From assembly GCA_025360445.1 (NCBI GenBank), contig JANYCE010000026.1, positions 1 through 37,716 of the forward strand: a DNA stretch of 37,716 bases, in the 5' to 3' direction. Each line of letters opens with the position of its first letter. Position 1 is the first letter of the stretch. Position numbers and translations under genes: made by a program. Source of the stretch: Betaproteobacteria bacterium. Its GTDB lineage: Bacteria; Pseudomonadota; Gammaproteobacteria; Burkholderiales; SG8-41. Positions 13,265 through 22,967 of the stretch are shown piece by piece. The notes below the pieces were generated by a model. It saw only the letters and a program-made list of their open reading frames with translations, made no database searches and was not told the origin of the DNA.

Positions 13265-13515
13265 ATGAAAAGCCATTCAGAATTTGCGGAACGTCTGCCG
13301 CCATCTTCGCAATCGCGAGGACTAGGACTATTTCGAGAAGATACGCGCAGTCCTCCGGCGGCAGTGGAACAAGCGGAACCAGTAGAGGCGGTTCGGGGGC
13401 TTCCGGAGGTTCTCCACCTCGAGCGGGGGGGGGCAGTGGAAGCGGTGGCATGGGAGGGAAGTCAGGCGACTTGACGACCTTCGTGCTCCGGCAATCGCGG
13501 TTCACGGTAAAATAA
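13265..13515 (+). pseudogene. Possible frameshifted, decayed secreted Gly/Ser-rich small protein
   Basis: ATG at 13265 followed by A4. One extra A gives MKKPFRICGTSAAIFAIA...YAQ-SSGGSGTSGTSRGGSGASGG, a signal-peptide-like start followed by a low-complexity tail. Confidence 0.35.
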
Positions 13516-13571
13516 ATTTAGACAACACACGAACGGCATATCTGAAGTTCTATATCTTACGATGTAGACGC

Positions 13572-14038
13572 ATGCGACACTGGCAGGCCACGATCCAAGG
13601 CGCGGCCAGTGTTGCGGCAACCTTTGTCCTGTTAGCGGGGTGCGACCCCGGCCCGGCCAATCGTGCCGACGTGAATCCCGTTGTTAACGGCATACGGTCC
13701 GCTCAACAAACTCAGTCACAATCTGAAACTTCCGAAGTTACGGTTGATAAAATCGCCCGGGATATCGTGGGTAAGGTCGTGCGCGTCTCACAGTCGTCCG
13801 GGATGGGGGGCTCGACCATGACGAATTTCGCCGCATCGTGATTCTTGAGTCAAAAAACGCGCTCAGCGGAAAAATATTAGTCATATATCTCACTACGCAA
13901 AACAATCCTGCCGCCAATGAAGAGCACGTGCAGGTTTCGGGAAAGCTCAATCTAATTTATGCCCGGCAAGCCGGCAATTGGGTTTTAACCGGCGTTGAAA
14001 ACTTGAGCTTTCTCTATACGGTGGGCGTCAGTACATAG
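13572..14038 (+). pseudogene. Lipoprotein gene split by a frameshift (ORFs 13572-13841 and 13811/13838-14038)
   Basis: Signal peptide with LAGC lipobox. The downstream frame reads LDHDEFRRIVILE...WVLTGVENLSF. One extra G in the G6 tract (13805-13810) fuses both into a 155-aa ORF. Confidence 0.6.
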
Positions 14039-14275
14039 TTTGCAAGGACGCCGGCCGGCACATATGCGGCGCGACAGTTAGCGTGTCTGGTAATTCAGGT
14101 GCGTATTCAATCGTCATAATGGGCAACGGTTAACGGCTGGATCTATGCGCGTCGCCGGGCTACTTGCCTTGCGCTCCCGATCGTGCCAAAACTCAGGTTA
14201 ATTTTGTTTGGCCCAAAAGCGGTTGAGCCAACAACAGTGCAGGGCGTATCGGAGCCACCGAAGCACTGGCACCGT

Positions 14276-14302
14276 GAACTCCCATCTGACTTTGATGTCA
14301 AA
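14276..14302 (+). promoter_or_regulatory. Putative ECF sigmaE-type promoter
   Basis: GAACTC-N16-TCAAA (GTCAAA), 90 nt upstream of the ATG at 14393. Confidence 0.45.
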
Positions 14303-14392
14303 ACTGTGCTCTGCACGTTTATATTCTGTGAAATAAAACGGAGGCGTCACGCTGGAAGCTTAGATGTCGGCACACGGCGGGCGATAAAAACT

Positions 14393-14845
14393 ATGATGCG
14401 AGAAATTGTGGGCGTAGTTCAAGGAGAGCCTGTAACACGTCGCCGGTGGTTCCATGACGAATATTTCGATTTGTTCGTATGGCAAAACAGCGCCAGTGAG
14501 ATCGAGTCATTTCAATTATGTTACGGCATCGATTCAAGTGAACGTGCGCTCGAGTGGCGCAAGAATCGCGGTTTTTTTCATGACGGCGCCAAAGTAGGAA
14601 CACCGGTCCCGGGCGGCATACTAGATGGGCGGGAGGCGGGCGCTGTGGATAAAACGGCTCAGACGATCAGTTCGAGGTTCGATTTTGCTGCCCGTGCCTT
14701 GCCGGACGAAGTTCGCACCGCGGTAGCTGCTCGAATCCGGGAGTATGCAGAAAAAATGCCATCGGTTCCCATGCGTCGCCGCCAAGTACGCCGGGCTGCA
14801 TGGCAAAAACAAGGTACAGAAACCGGCGGGCGAGAGCCGCATTGA
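14393..14845 (+). CDS. Hypothetical protein (150 aa)
   Basis: Protein-like sequence MMREIVGVVQGEPVTRRRWFHDEYFDLFVWQ...FQLCYG...ERALEW. The upstream extension in the ORF track (from 14183) looks non-coding. Confidence 0.7.
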   Translation: MMREIVGVVQGEPVTRRRWFHDEYFDLFVWQNSASEIESFQLCYGIDSSERALEWRKNRGFFHDGAKVGTPVPGGILDGREAGAVDKTAQTISSRFDFAARALPDEVRTAVAARIREYAEKMPSVPMRRRQVRRAAWQKQGTETGGREPH

Positions 14846-14881
14846 GGGCGGCGCGGCACTAGTGCCTCACTCGGGAGGCGC

Positions 14882-15184
14882 TTAACTTTTGTCGACGGTC
14901 TTCGCAGCGTCGACGGTCTTCTCAGGGTCGATCGTCGGCAGGCTTTCGGGTTCGACTGAAAAATAGCCTTCTATTACGCCGTCATTGCGTGTGGCGCGCA
15001 ATTTTCTCGTTTGCCACCACAGTCGGCCGAACATTATCGTGGCCATTAGCGCGCCAACGACTAATGCGAAGACGAGAAAAAACATTCCTAGTACCACGAC
15101 AACCGCAATGACGAGCAATGCGAATAAGCGACGTAGCCATGTCGATGAGAGAATGACTTGTATAAAACGGCTTTGAAAATGCAT
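14882..15184 (-). CDS. Small membrane protein (100 aa, hydrophobic hairpin followed by VIEGYF.V motif)
   Basis: About 35-residue hydrophobic stretch, then RLWW, then a DGVIEGYFSVE tail. Confidence 0.7.
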   Translation of the reverse strand: MHFQSRFIQVILSSTWLRRLFALLVIAVVVVLGMFFLVFALVVGALMATIMFGRLWWQTRKLRATRNDGVIEGYFSVEPESLPTIDPEKTVDAAKTVDKS

Positions 15185-15192
15185 TGAGGACT

Positions 15193-15219
15193 TTGGATCA
15201 ATGCTGAAGCACGAAGTTC
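15193..15219 (-). promoter_or_regulatory. Putative ECF sigmaE/AlgU-type promoter
   Basis: The reverse complement reads GAACTT-N16-TCCAA, ending 8 nt before the ATG at 15184. Confidence 0.5.
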
Positions 15220-15396
15220 ATTTAGACAGTTCTGCAGCCCAGAACTTCAGGGGCATCGACGGCGCAACTACAGCGACGTTGGTAGAGGCCGGGTAGCAAC
15301 AGTTAAGCTGACGCATTTAGCGACCAAGTTTTTCCGCTTGATTGCCGTCATCGAGTGCTGTGCTTCGCTGAACGCTAATTAAGCCTCGATGGGCGG

Positions 15397-15426
15397 AAAA
15401 ATGCCGGGAAATTTCCCGGCATTTTT
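15397..15426 (-). terminator. Rho-independent terminator of rne (bidirectional type)
   Basis: Perfect 30-bp palindrome AAAAATGCCGGGAAA/TTTCCCGGCATTTTT, 3 nt after the rne stop. Confidence 0.85.
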
Positions 15427-15429
15427 AAG

Positions 15430-18078
15430 TTACTTCCTTGTTTCCACCTGTTCAAGCGGGAAATCGTTAACTGACAGGGGCGGTGGCCGTACGCGCGCGA
15501 CTCGAGACTCAGGCGCAGCATCGACCTTGATTGCTGCGACGCGTACTTTTTCGGCGTTAGTCTCAATCTGTTCGAGGTCGGACGACAGCATTACGGACGC
15601 TTGCGGGGGGGGCATGGCAGGCGCCATCACCGGGACCTCAGCATCGACGTGCCCGGCGACGGGTTCGGTTACTACCGGTGGCTGCGAATTGTGTCGCGAC
15701 AGAGCTTCTGTATCTGCGGTCGCCTGCTGCATCTCGTATGGAGCAGGTGGCGTCAGCACTTCCGCCACGTTCGGCTGATGAGTTAACGAAGACTCGGTTT
15801 CTAGCAGCGGAGCGACGTCTGCAGAATTCACTTGATCAGCACCATTGTTGCCTGCGGCAGTAATTGGCTGCGCGCCCTCAGCATTTGTTGACGACTCGTG
15901 CCGTTCGGCCCGATCACGACCGCCACGGCCGCCCCGACGGCGGCGACGCCCGCCTTCACGACCCTCGCGCGCTTCGCCTTCAATACGAGGTGTCTGTTCG
16001 CGCGCGGAGACGGGTTCGTCACCCGCTTCCGAAGGCACTTGCTCAAGGCGTTCAGGGCGCGGCTGACGTGGTGGCTGACCTTCGCGTCGCGATTGCTGCT
16101 CTTGACCATCTCGCGGCGGTCGCGGCTCGCGCGGTTCACGCGGCGGACGCGGCTCGCCGGTGCGGCCGCGCTGCGGTTGACGCTGAGCGCCTTCTGGACT
16201 CGCTTCACCACGTGCTGTTTGTGTTGGACGCTCGCCACGCGGTTCGTCGCGTTTTTGATCACGACGCTGACCGTTTGGGCGTCCCCGGCGTTGACCGCGT
16301 TCACCGCGGTCTGTGCGCTCACGCGTGACAGCCGGCGCTTTTACCTCCGCTACTTCAGCAACCGGTCGCTTGAACCACCCGAAAATTTTGCTGATTATGG
16401 AAACTTCCGCTTGGGGGGCGGCGATCACCGGCGTGGCTTTGGGCGTATGGTCGACGATAGGCGCAGGTTGCGACGGCGTTATACCTTTCACTGCCGCTTC
16501 CGGGCGCGGCGGCGCAGTTTCAGTCTGGGCGGATGGCAACGTCCCATCGTTCTTCTCAGGCACAGCCACCATCTCATAGCTTGGCGGCGGCAAGTCAGCC
16601 TGATTAAGTTCTTCATGCTTGAGGCGCGTGACCGTATAGTTTGGCGTCTCGAGATGAATGTTTGGAATCAGCACAACGTTAACTTTTAAGCGCTGCTCGA
16701 TTGAGTGAAACTCGGCGCGTTTTTCGTTCAACAGGTAAGTTGCGACATCAACCGGCACCTGCGCGTGTACCGCACCGGTGTTTTCCTTCATCGCTTCTTC
16801 CTGCAGGATGCGCAGTATGTGCAGGGCGGTGGATTCGATGCCCCGTATATGGCCAGTGCCGTGGCAACGCGGGCACGGGATATGGCTGCTCTCGGCCAAC
16901 GCCGGGCGCAGGCGCTGACGCGAAAGTTCGAGCAAGCCGAAGCGCGAAATTTTGCCGGTCTGAACACGCGCGCGGTCAACGTGCAAAGCATCGCGGAGGC
17001 GATTTTCCACTTCGCGCTGATTGCGCCCGCTTTCCATGTCAATGAAGTCGATGACGATCAATCCGCCGAGGTCGCGTAAACGCAACTGTCGCGCGAGTTC
17101 GTCCGCGGCTTCAAGGTTGGTGCGAAATGCAGTCTCCTCAATATCCGCACCGCGCGTCGAGCGCGCGGAGTTGACGTCGATGGACACCAGCGCTTCAGTA
17201 TGGTCGATGACGATCGCGCCGCCGGAGGGTAGCGTGACCTGGCGCGAAAACGCAGTTTCGATCTGATGCTCGATTTGAAAACGCGAAAAGAGCGGCACGT
17301 CGTCTTTGTATAGTTTGACGCGATTCACATTCGCCGGCATCACGTGGCCCATGAAGGCGCGAGCCTGCTCGTAGATGTCTTCGGTATCGATAAGGATCTC
17401 GCCGATGTCCTGGGAGAAATGATCGCGGATCGCGCGGATGACCAGGCTTGATTCCTGGTAAATCAGGAATGCGCCATTCTGACCGGTCGAAGCGTTTTCG
17501 ATTTCGCGCCACAGCTGGAGCAGGTAGTTCAAATCCCAGCCGAGTTCCTCGGCGTTACGGCCGATGCCTGCGGTACGCGCGATTACGCTCATGCCGGCAG
17601 GCACTTCCAATTGGTCTATTGTTTCGCGCAGCTCCGCGCGCTCCTCGCCTTCAATACGGCGCGATACACCGCCGCCGCGTGGATTGTTCGGCATTAAAAC
17701 CAAATAACGGCCGGCCAGGCTGATAAAGGTAGTAAGCGCGGCGCCTTTGGTGCCGCGTTCGTCCTTATCGACTTGGACGATGAGCTCCTGGCCTTCATGC
17801 AGCGCGTCCTGAATGCGCGCCCGGGCCGCGTCCACGCCGGCCTTGAAATAGGTTCGGGCGACTTCTTTGAAGGGGAGGAAGCCGTGGCGTTCGCTGCCAT
17901 AATCGACAAAGGCCGCTTCGAGGCTGGGCTCGACGCGTGTAATCACGCCTTTGTAAATGTTGCTTTTCCGCTGCTCTTTGCCGGCAGACTCGATATCCAG
18001 ATCCAGCAGTTTTTGACCATCTACTATCGCGACGCGAAGTTCTTCAGACTGCGTCGCATTAAACAACATGCGTTTCAT
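15430..18078 (-). CDS. rne: Ribonuclease E
   Basis: [18 protein letters not shown]1 domain, IDVNS, DFIDM, CPRC Zn-link, membrane-targeting helix ([10 protein letters not shown]) and an Arg-rich disordered C-terminal half. Confidence 0.98.
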   Translation of the reverse strand: MKRMLFNATQSEELRVAIVDGQKLLDLDIESAGKEQRKSNIYKGVITRVEPSLEAAFVDYGSERHGFLPFKEVARTYFKAGVDAARARIQDALHEGQELIVQVDKDERGTKGAALTTFISLAGRYLVLMPNNPRGGGVSRRIEGEERAELRETIDQLEVPAGMSVIARTAGIGRNAEELGWDLNYLLQLWREIENASTGQNGAFLIYQESSLVIRAIRDHFSQDIGEILIDTEDIYEQARAFMGHVMPANVNRVKLYKDDVPLFSRFQIEHQIETAFSRQVTLPSGGAIVIDHTEALVSIDVNSARSTRGADIEETAFRTNLEAADELARQLRLRDLGGLIVIDFIDMESGRNQREVENRLRDALHVDRARVQTGKISRFGLLELSRQRLRPALAESSHIPCPRCHGTGHIRGIESTALHILRILQEEAMKENTGAVHAQVPVDVATYLLNEKRAEFHSIEQRLKVNVVLIPNIHLETPNYTVTRLKHEELNQADLPPPSYEMVAVPEKNDGTLPSAQTETAPPRPEAAVKGITPSQPAPIVDHTPKATPVIAAPQAEVSIISKIFGWFKRPVAEVAEVKAPAVTRERTDRGERGQRRGRPNGQRRDQKRDEPRGERPTQTARGEASPEGAQRQPQRGRTGEPRPPREPREPRPPRDGQEQQSRREGQPPRQPRPERLEQVPSEAGDEPVSAREQTPRIEGEAREGREGGRRRRRGGRGGRDRAERHESSTNAEGAQPITAAGNNGADQVNSADVAPLLETESSLTHQPNVAEVLTPPAPYEMQQATADTEALSRHNSQPPVVTEPVAGHVDAEVPVMAPAMPPPQASVMLSSDLEQIETNAEKVRVAAIKVDAAPESRVARVRPPPLSVNDFPLEQVETRK

Positions 18079-18552
18079 TTTTTTCTTCTCCCGCGCTCAG
18101 TGTCACGGGATGGGCAAACTCACGCGCGGAATCAAATCGCGCCGCGCGCTAATGCTTAATCATTCAGTCACGAAAAATATTCATATGTGTGGGTGACTAG
18201 GTAAAAATGACTTTGCTGTTTGCCGTCAAAATTCGTCAGTGAGCAGCGGGAAACTTCGGCGTTCGGTGCATCGCGCCGAGATCGCCATTCGCTGCGTCAA
18301 CAAAGGTTTTCGTGTGCTGTGAGCGCGTAATTCGACTACCATCGCTGCTTTATTTGGTGAGCGACATTAACCATTGGGTTTCGATACTGTTTATCTCACC
18401 AACGGGCAACATCTCCCGAGCCTCGATTCACCGTACCTGGCCAGAGACTACATGGCGCTGGGCCATCTACCCGGCGTCACCTGCGGCAACCGCCGCGGTG
18501 GACTGCCTGAGTTGGGGACAACGCTGTCCTTAAAGTCTTCTAACCGTCGAAT

Positions 18553-18581
18553 AGTATAAGCACAATGAAGGATTTGGGCAA
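18553..18581 (-). promoter_or_regulatory. Putative sigma70 promoter of rne, implying a 5' leader of about 470 nt
   Basis: The reverse complement reads TTGCCC-N17-TATACT and overlaps the rluC start. Confidence 0.55.
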
Positions 18582-19518
18582 AAATACGGTGTCTCGTCAC
18601 TTGGTCGGAGAAGAAACCGGCGGACAACGCGTCGATAATTACCTCGTAAAGCTGCTCAAGGGCGTGCCGAAGAGCCATATTTACCGCATCCTGCGCAGCG
18701 GTGAAGTGCGGGTAAACGGGGGCCGCGCTAAACCCGACTACCGCATTAAAACCGGCGATGAATTACGAATCCCTCCAGTGCGAGTAGCCGCGGCCAGTGT
18801 CCGGGCCGCGCCGCCAGTCAGCGCCGAACTCGAGCGAGCGGTGTTATTCGAGGACGAGCACTTCCTGGCGCTTAATAAGCCGTCAGGGCTGGCGGTGCAT
18901 GGCGGCAGCGGTTTAAGCTTTGGTGTGATCGAGCAATTGCGGGGACAGCGGCCACAAGCGCGATACTTTGAACTCGTGCACCGGCTCGATCGCGACACGT
19001 CGGGCGTGCTGTTGATCGCCAAAAAACGCAGCGCCTTGACCGCCATGCACGCTGAGTTGCGTGAGGGGAACATCAAAAAGTTCTACTTGACGCTTGTCAA
19101 GGGTGTCTGGCGCAACAAAAAGCAGGCCGTCAAACTTAATCTGCATAAGTATTTGTTGGCGTCAGGCGAGCGGCGAGTGGCGGTGCACGACGACGGGCAG
19201 GAATCCCACACTGTGTTCGAGCTGAATCAGACGTGGGGCGCCTATAGTTTATTGCGCGCCGAGTTGAAAACCGGGCGCACACACCAGATCCGCGTGCATC
19301 TGGCGCACTTGGGATTTCCCATCGCAGGCGATGACAAATATGGCGACTTCGAGCTCAATAAACAACTTGGGCGAAACGGATTAAAGCGCATGTTCTTGCA
19401 TGCTGCGAGTGTGGGCTTCAGGCATCCGGCCAGCGGCGCCAAATTGGTCATAGAGGCGCCGTTGCCTGCCGAATTGCAATATTTTGTTGAAAAACTTAAC
19501 TCGGAAAAGTCGGAATAA
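18565..19518 (+). CDS. rluC: 23S rRNA pseudouridine synthase (RluC)
   Basis: S4 domain, NKPSGLAVHGGSG, HRLDRDTSG, TGRTHQIRVH and GDDKYG; divergent from rne. Confidence 0.95.
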   Translation: MKDLGKNTVSRHLVGEETGGQRVDNYLVKLLKGVPKSHIYRILRSGEVRVNGGRAKPDYRIKTGDELRIPPVRVAAASVRAAPPVSAELERAVLFEDEHFLALNKPSGLAVHGGSGLSFGVIEQLRGQRPQARYFELVHRLDRDTSGVLLIAKKRSALTAMHAELREGNIKKFYLTLVKGVWRNKKQAVKLNLHKYLLASGERRVAVHDDGQESHTVFELNQTWGAYSLLRAELKTGRTHQIRVHLAHLGFPIAGDDKYGDFELNKQLGRNGLKRMFLHAASVGFRHPASGAKLVIEAPLPAELQYFVEKLNSEKSE

Positions 19519-19522
19519 TCGA

Positions 19523-20179
19523 GTGGGTAAACGCTTTAACCTGATCGTGTTCGACTGGGACGGCACTTTAATGAACTCGACCGCAGTCATCGTCGCCGCG
19601 CTCCAGGCATCGTGTGCGGACGTTGGCCTGCCAGTTCCGGCTGACGAGCGTGCCCGGCACATCATCGGCCTTGGACTTCACGACGCGCTGGCCTATGTTC
19701 TGCCCGGCGTCAATCCAGCCGTGTATCCGCAGGTCGTAGAACGCTATGGCCACCATTTCCGCTTGCGCGAACCGCAAACGCCGCTGTTTACGGGTGCTGA
19801 AGCGTTGTTGCAGGATCTGCATGCCGCTGGTCATCGACTCGCGATTGCCACGGGTAAGAGCCGACGAGGTCTCGATAGAGCTCTCGAGAAAACGGGTCTC
19901 GCGTCGTACTTTCACGCGACGCGATGTGGTGAGGAGTCGGCAAACAAGCCAGCGCCACAGATGTTGCTCGATCTGACGAGCATGCTTGGCGTGGCAGGTG
20001 GCGAAACTGTGATGATAGGCGACACTACGCACGATTTGCAGATGGCGGCTAATGCTGGAATTGAAAGTGTCGCGGTCACTTACGGTGCACACCCGCGCAG
20101 CCAGCTTCTAAATTTCAAACCGATCGCCTGCCTGGATCAACCACGGGAATTATGGCAATGGCTTCGCAGCAACGCTTGA
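19523..20179 (+). CDS. HAD-IA family hydrolase (phosphoglycolate phosphatase-like)
   Basis: FDWDGTL, ATGKS, KP.P and MIGDTTHD; GTG start at 19523. Confidence 0.9.
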   Translation: MGKRFNLIVFDWDGTLMNSTAVIVAALQASCADVGLPVPADERARHIIGLGLHDALAYVLPGVNPAVYPQVVERYGHHFRLREPQTPLFTGAEALLQDLHAAGHRLAIATGKSRRGLDRALEKTGLASYFHATRCGEESANKPAPQMLLDLTSMLGVAGGETVMIGDTTHDLQMAANAGIESVAVTYGAHPRSQLLNFKPIACLDQPRELWQWLRSNA

Positions 20180-20514
20180 TTTGCGCGAGCGCCGGGTTAA
20201 CTGACGGCGGTCCCGGTGTGCGATTCATAATGCAAAAGAACGGCCGGGATGCCCCCGCATTTGCAATTCGCTATGACGGCCGAGTTTATGGCTACCTCAA
20301 TAGTTGCGCGCATATACCAGTAGAACTCGACTGGATGGAGGGCGAGTTCTTCGATAAAGCTGGGTTATACTTAATTTGCGCAACGCATGGCGCAACTTAC
20401 GAGCCCGATACCGGTCACTGCATTATGGGGCCGTGCAAAGGTGAACGACTTATAGCGGCGCCCGTAGAAGAACGCGATGGCAGCGTTTTTCTGGTGGAGC
20501 GCCACATATCGTGA
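20158..20514 (+). CDS. Rieske [2Fe-2S] ferredoxin-like protein
   Basis: CAH...CATH Rieske ligands and GPC.G. Confidence 0.9.
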   Translation: MASQQRLICASAGLTDGGPGVRFIMQKNGRDAPAFAIRYDGRVYGYLNSCAHIPVELDWMEGEFFDKAGLYLICATHGATYEPDTGHCIMGPCKGERLIAAPVEERDGSVFLVERHIS

Positions 20515-20589
20515 TGCAACACTTTTGCGCGATTTAGAAAACCTCTCTCACAATTTTATCACCCGCATTCAATAAGAAAGAAACTCGCA

Positions 20590-21552
20590 ATGGCTGATTT
20601 GGATCCGCGCAATACCGGGGACGGCTGGGAGCGCAGTGTCCTTGAAAAAGTTGCGCTCGCGGCCGTCGCAGAACAGCGCACTGCGCGACGCTGGGGCATG
20701 GCGTTCAAGATGCTGGTACTGATTTACTTGTTTGTCGTGCTGTTTTTGGGCATGGGATGGCTAAAAAAAGCCGGCGAAAAATCTTCCGGCAAGCACACTG
20801 CGATGGTCGAGCTCCGCGGCGTCATTGCGTCCCAGGGGCAGGCCAGCGCTGACAATGTCATGGCCGGCTTGCAGGCTGCGTTCAAAGACAGCAATACGCA
20901 GGGCGTCATCCTGCGCATCAACAGCCCGGGCGGCAGTCCGGTGCAAGCGGGCTATATCAATGACGAAATTAAGCGCCTCCGCGGCTTGTATCCCAACATT
21001 CCGGTTTATGCGGTCGTGGAGGACATTTGCGCCTCCGGCGGCTACTACGTGGCGGCGGCCACCGACAAAATTTACGTCGACAAGGCGAGCATCGTTGGCT
21101 CGATCGGCGTGGTCATGGACAGTTTCGGCTTCACCGGTACGATGGAAAAACTGGGCGTCGAGCGACGTGCAATTACCGCGGGGGAGAACAAAAAATTTCT
21201 GGATCCATTTTCACCGGTGAATCCCGCCCACAAGGCGTTTGCGGAAAAAATGCTTTCTGAAATTCATGAACAATTCATCGCCGTCGTGCGCGAGGGGCGT
21301 GGCAAGCGCCTCAAAGAAACGCCGGAACTTTTTAGCGGGCTGGTATGGGTTGGGCCGAAAAGTATCGAGCTCGGATTGGCCGACGCCCTCGGCAGCGTCG
21401 ACTCGGTAGCGCGCGATGTGATCAAGGCGGAAGATGTCGTCGACTTCACACCGCACGAGAACATTGCTGAAAGAGTCGCGCGACGATTTGGTGCGGCGAT
21501 GGCCGAGGCGCTCGTAAAAGTAACGGCGTCGAGCGGCGCGCAGTTGCGCTGA
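20590..21552 (+). CDS. S49 family peptidase (SppA-like)
   Basis: N-terminal TM, RINSPGGSP, CASGGYY and SIVGSIGV. Confidence 0.92.
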   Translation: MADLDPRNTGDGWERSVLEKVALAAVAEQRTARRWGMAFKMLVLIYLFVVLFLGMGWLKKAGEKSSGKHTAMVELRGVIASQGQASADNVMAGLQAAFKDSNTQGVILRINSPGGSPVQAGYINDEIKRLRGLYPNIPVYAVVEDICASGGYYVAAATDKIYVDKASIVGSIGVVMDSFGFTGTMEKLGVERRAITAGENKKFLDPFSPVNPAHKAFAEKMLSEIHEQFIAVVREGRGKRLKETPELFSGLVWVGPKSIELGLADALGSVDSVARDVIKAEDVVDFTPHENIAERVARRFGAAMAEALVKVTASSGAQLR

Positions 21553-22281
21553 TCACCGCGCGTAGAGCAGGAAAACGCTGGGCCGCCTGCCGATTTCTCC
21601 CACGTTAGCTTTCCATTCGTTAATAGTTGCGCTACGCACAGATTCGGTCGCAAGCGTTAAGTCGCTCGCGATACACAGCCGGGAGGCTCCCGCACACACG
21701 GCAAGAAAAATCTGCAGCAACTGATCGTTGCGATAAGGCGTTTCTATAAATATCTGCGTCATGTTCTGTGCACGTGATTCGTTTTCCAGCAGGGCTATGG
21801 CGCGGCGGCACTCATCTTTCGGCACCGGCAGATAGCCGTGAAATGCAAATCGCTGGCCGTTAAATCCCGACGCCATTAACGCGAGCATCATTGCGGAAGG
21901 GCCGATATGCGGCACCACGCGAATACGCAATCGATGCGCGGCGGCTACCAGCAATGCACCCGGATCTGCGATAGCCGGACAGCCAGCCTCAGACAAGACC
22001 CCGGCACTGCGTCCGGTGGAAAGCGAGTGCAATAGCTCGGTGGCGCGTTCAGGACTGCTATCTTTGTCGAACAATTCTATTTTCAGATCTCTTAAAGCTT
22101 TTGGATGCCCGATGCTTTTTAAAAATCCTCGTGCGGTCTTGGCGTTTTCTGCCAGAAAATAATCGAGTGCGCATGCCGCGTGCAAGGCGGAAGGCGGCAA
22201 CGACATATGCGGGTCGGTGTCGCCCAGGGTGACCGGTATTAAATGCAATGCGCCGTGCGCCGTGCCCGCGTCCATAGCCAT
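21553..22281 (-). CDS. SAM-dependent methyltransferase, tetrapyrrole-methylase/RsmI-like
   Basis: LHLIPVTLG, ENAKTAR, SEAGCPAIADPG, GPS, FAFHGYLP and FIETPYRN. The start codon is uncertain. Confidence 0.88.
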   Translation of the reverse strand: MAMDAGTAHGALHLIPVTLGDTDPHMSLPPSALHAACALDYFLAENAKTARGFLKSIGHPKALRDLKIELFDKDSSPERATELLHSLSTGRSAGVLSEAGCPAIADPGALLVAAAHRLRIRVVPHIGPSAMMLALMASGFNGQRFAFHGYLPVPKDECRRAIALLENESRAQNMTQIFIETPYRNDQLLQIFLAVCAGASRLCIASDLTLATESVRSATINEWKANVGEIGRRPSVFLLYAR

Positions 22282-22285
22282 GAAG

Positions 22286-22879
22286 TTAAGGCAGCTCAAA
22301 GCCTTCGTTGCGCAACATTTTGCACAACGCGATAAGCGGCAGGCCGATCAGCGCAGTGGGATCGTCGCCTTCCAACTTTTCCACCATCGCAATACCGAGG
22401 CCCTCGATGCGTGCGCTGCCGGCGCAGTCGAAGGGCGTATCGCTAAGAACGTAGCGCTCTATCTGCTCGTCCGAATACTCGCGCATATGAACGATGATCG
22501 TGACTAGCGCCGTCTGCTGAAGCGCGCTACGTGAATTTAGCAAGCACACTGCCGTATGAAATCGAACCCGCTCGCCGCGCATGCGCTTTAGCTGGCTGGC
22601 GGCATTGGTAAAATCGCCCGGCTTACCGATGATGGTGTTCCCGACGACTGCGACCTGGTCACTGCCGATGATCAACGCGTCGGGCCACGCGTGCCGGACG
22701 GCCTCAGCCTTACGGCACGCAAGGCGTAACGCGAGGGCCGGCGGCTTTTCACCCACCAGAGGAGCTTCATCAACCTCAGGCGCGGCGATTTTAAACGGAA
22801 TTTTCAGGCGCTCCAGAAGTTCGCGGCGATACGGCGAAGTCGAGGCCAGAACAAGTTCAGCGGGGGCAGGGTAATCCAT
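22286..22879 (-). CDS. yceF: Maf-family nucleotide pyrophosphatase (YceF type)
   Basis: LVLASTSPYRRELL, IIGSDQV, GKP, CAGS and LIGLPL; divergent from yceD. Confidence 0.88.
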   Translation of the reverse strand: MDYPAPAELVLASTSPYRRELLERLKIPFKIAAPEVDEAPLVGEKPPALALRLACRKAEAVRHAWPDALIIGSDQVAVVGNTIIGKPGDFTNAASQLKRMRGERVRFHTAVCLLNSRSALQQTALVTIIVHMREYSDEQIERYVLSDTPFDCAGSARIEGLGIAMVEKLEGDDPTALIGLPLIALCKMLRNEGFELP

Positions 22880-22929
22880 GGGTGAGCTTGCTAAGTCCCT
22901 GCGTTAAAGGGTTTTTCTGTTATCTTGTT

Positions 22930-22958
22930 TTGACAGACTAGAGCGAAAATATTATCAT
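22930..22958 (+). promoter_or_regulatory. sigma70 promoter of yceD-rpmF(-plsX-fab)
   Basis: TTGACA-N17-TATCAT. Confidence 0.75.
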
Positions 22959-22967
22959 GCGCGGTTT

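Noticed and set aside
13194-13505. Pro-rich 103-aa ORF on the minus strand
   Set aside because: Probably the antisense shadow of the Gly/Ser-rich plus-strand repeat; no clear RBS or domain.
15828-16689. Repetitive Arg/Pro/Glu sequence and several long overlapping ORFs
   Set aside because: This is the disordered C-terminal scaffold of RNase E; the other frames are GC-rich shadows.
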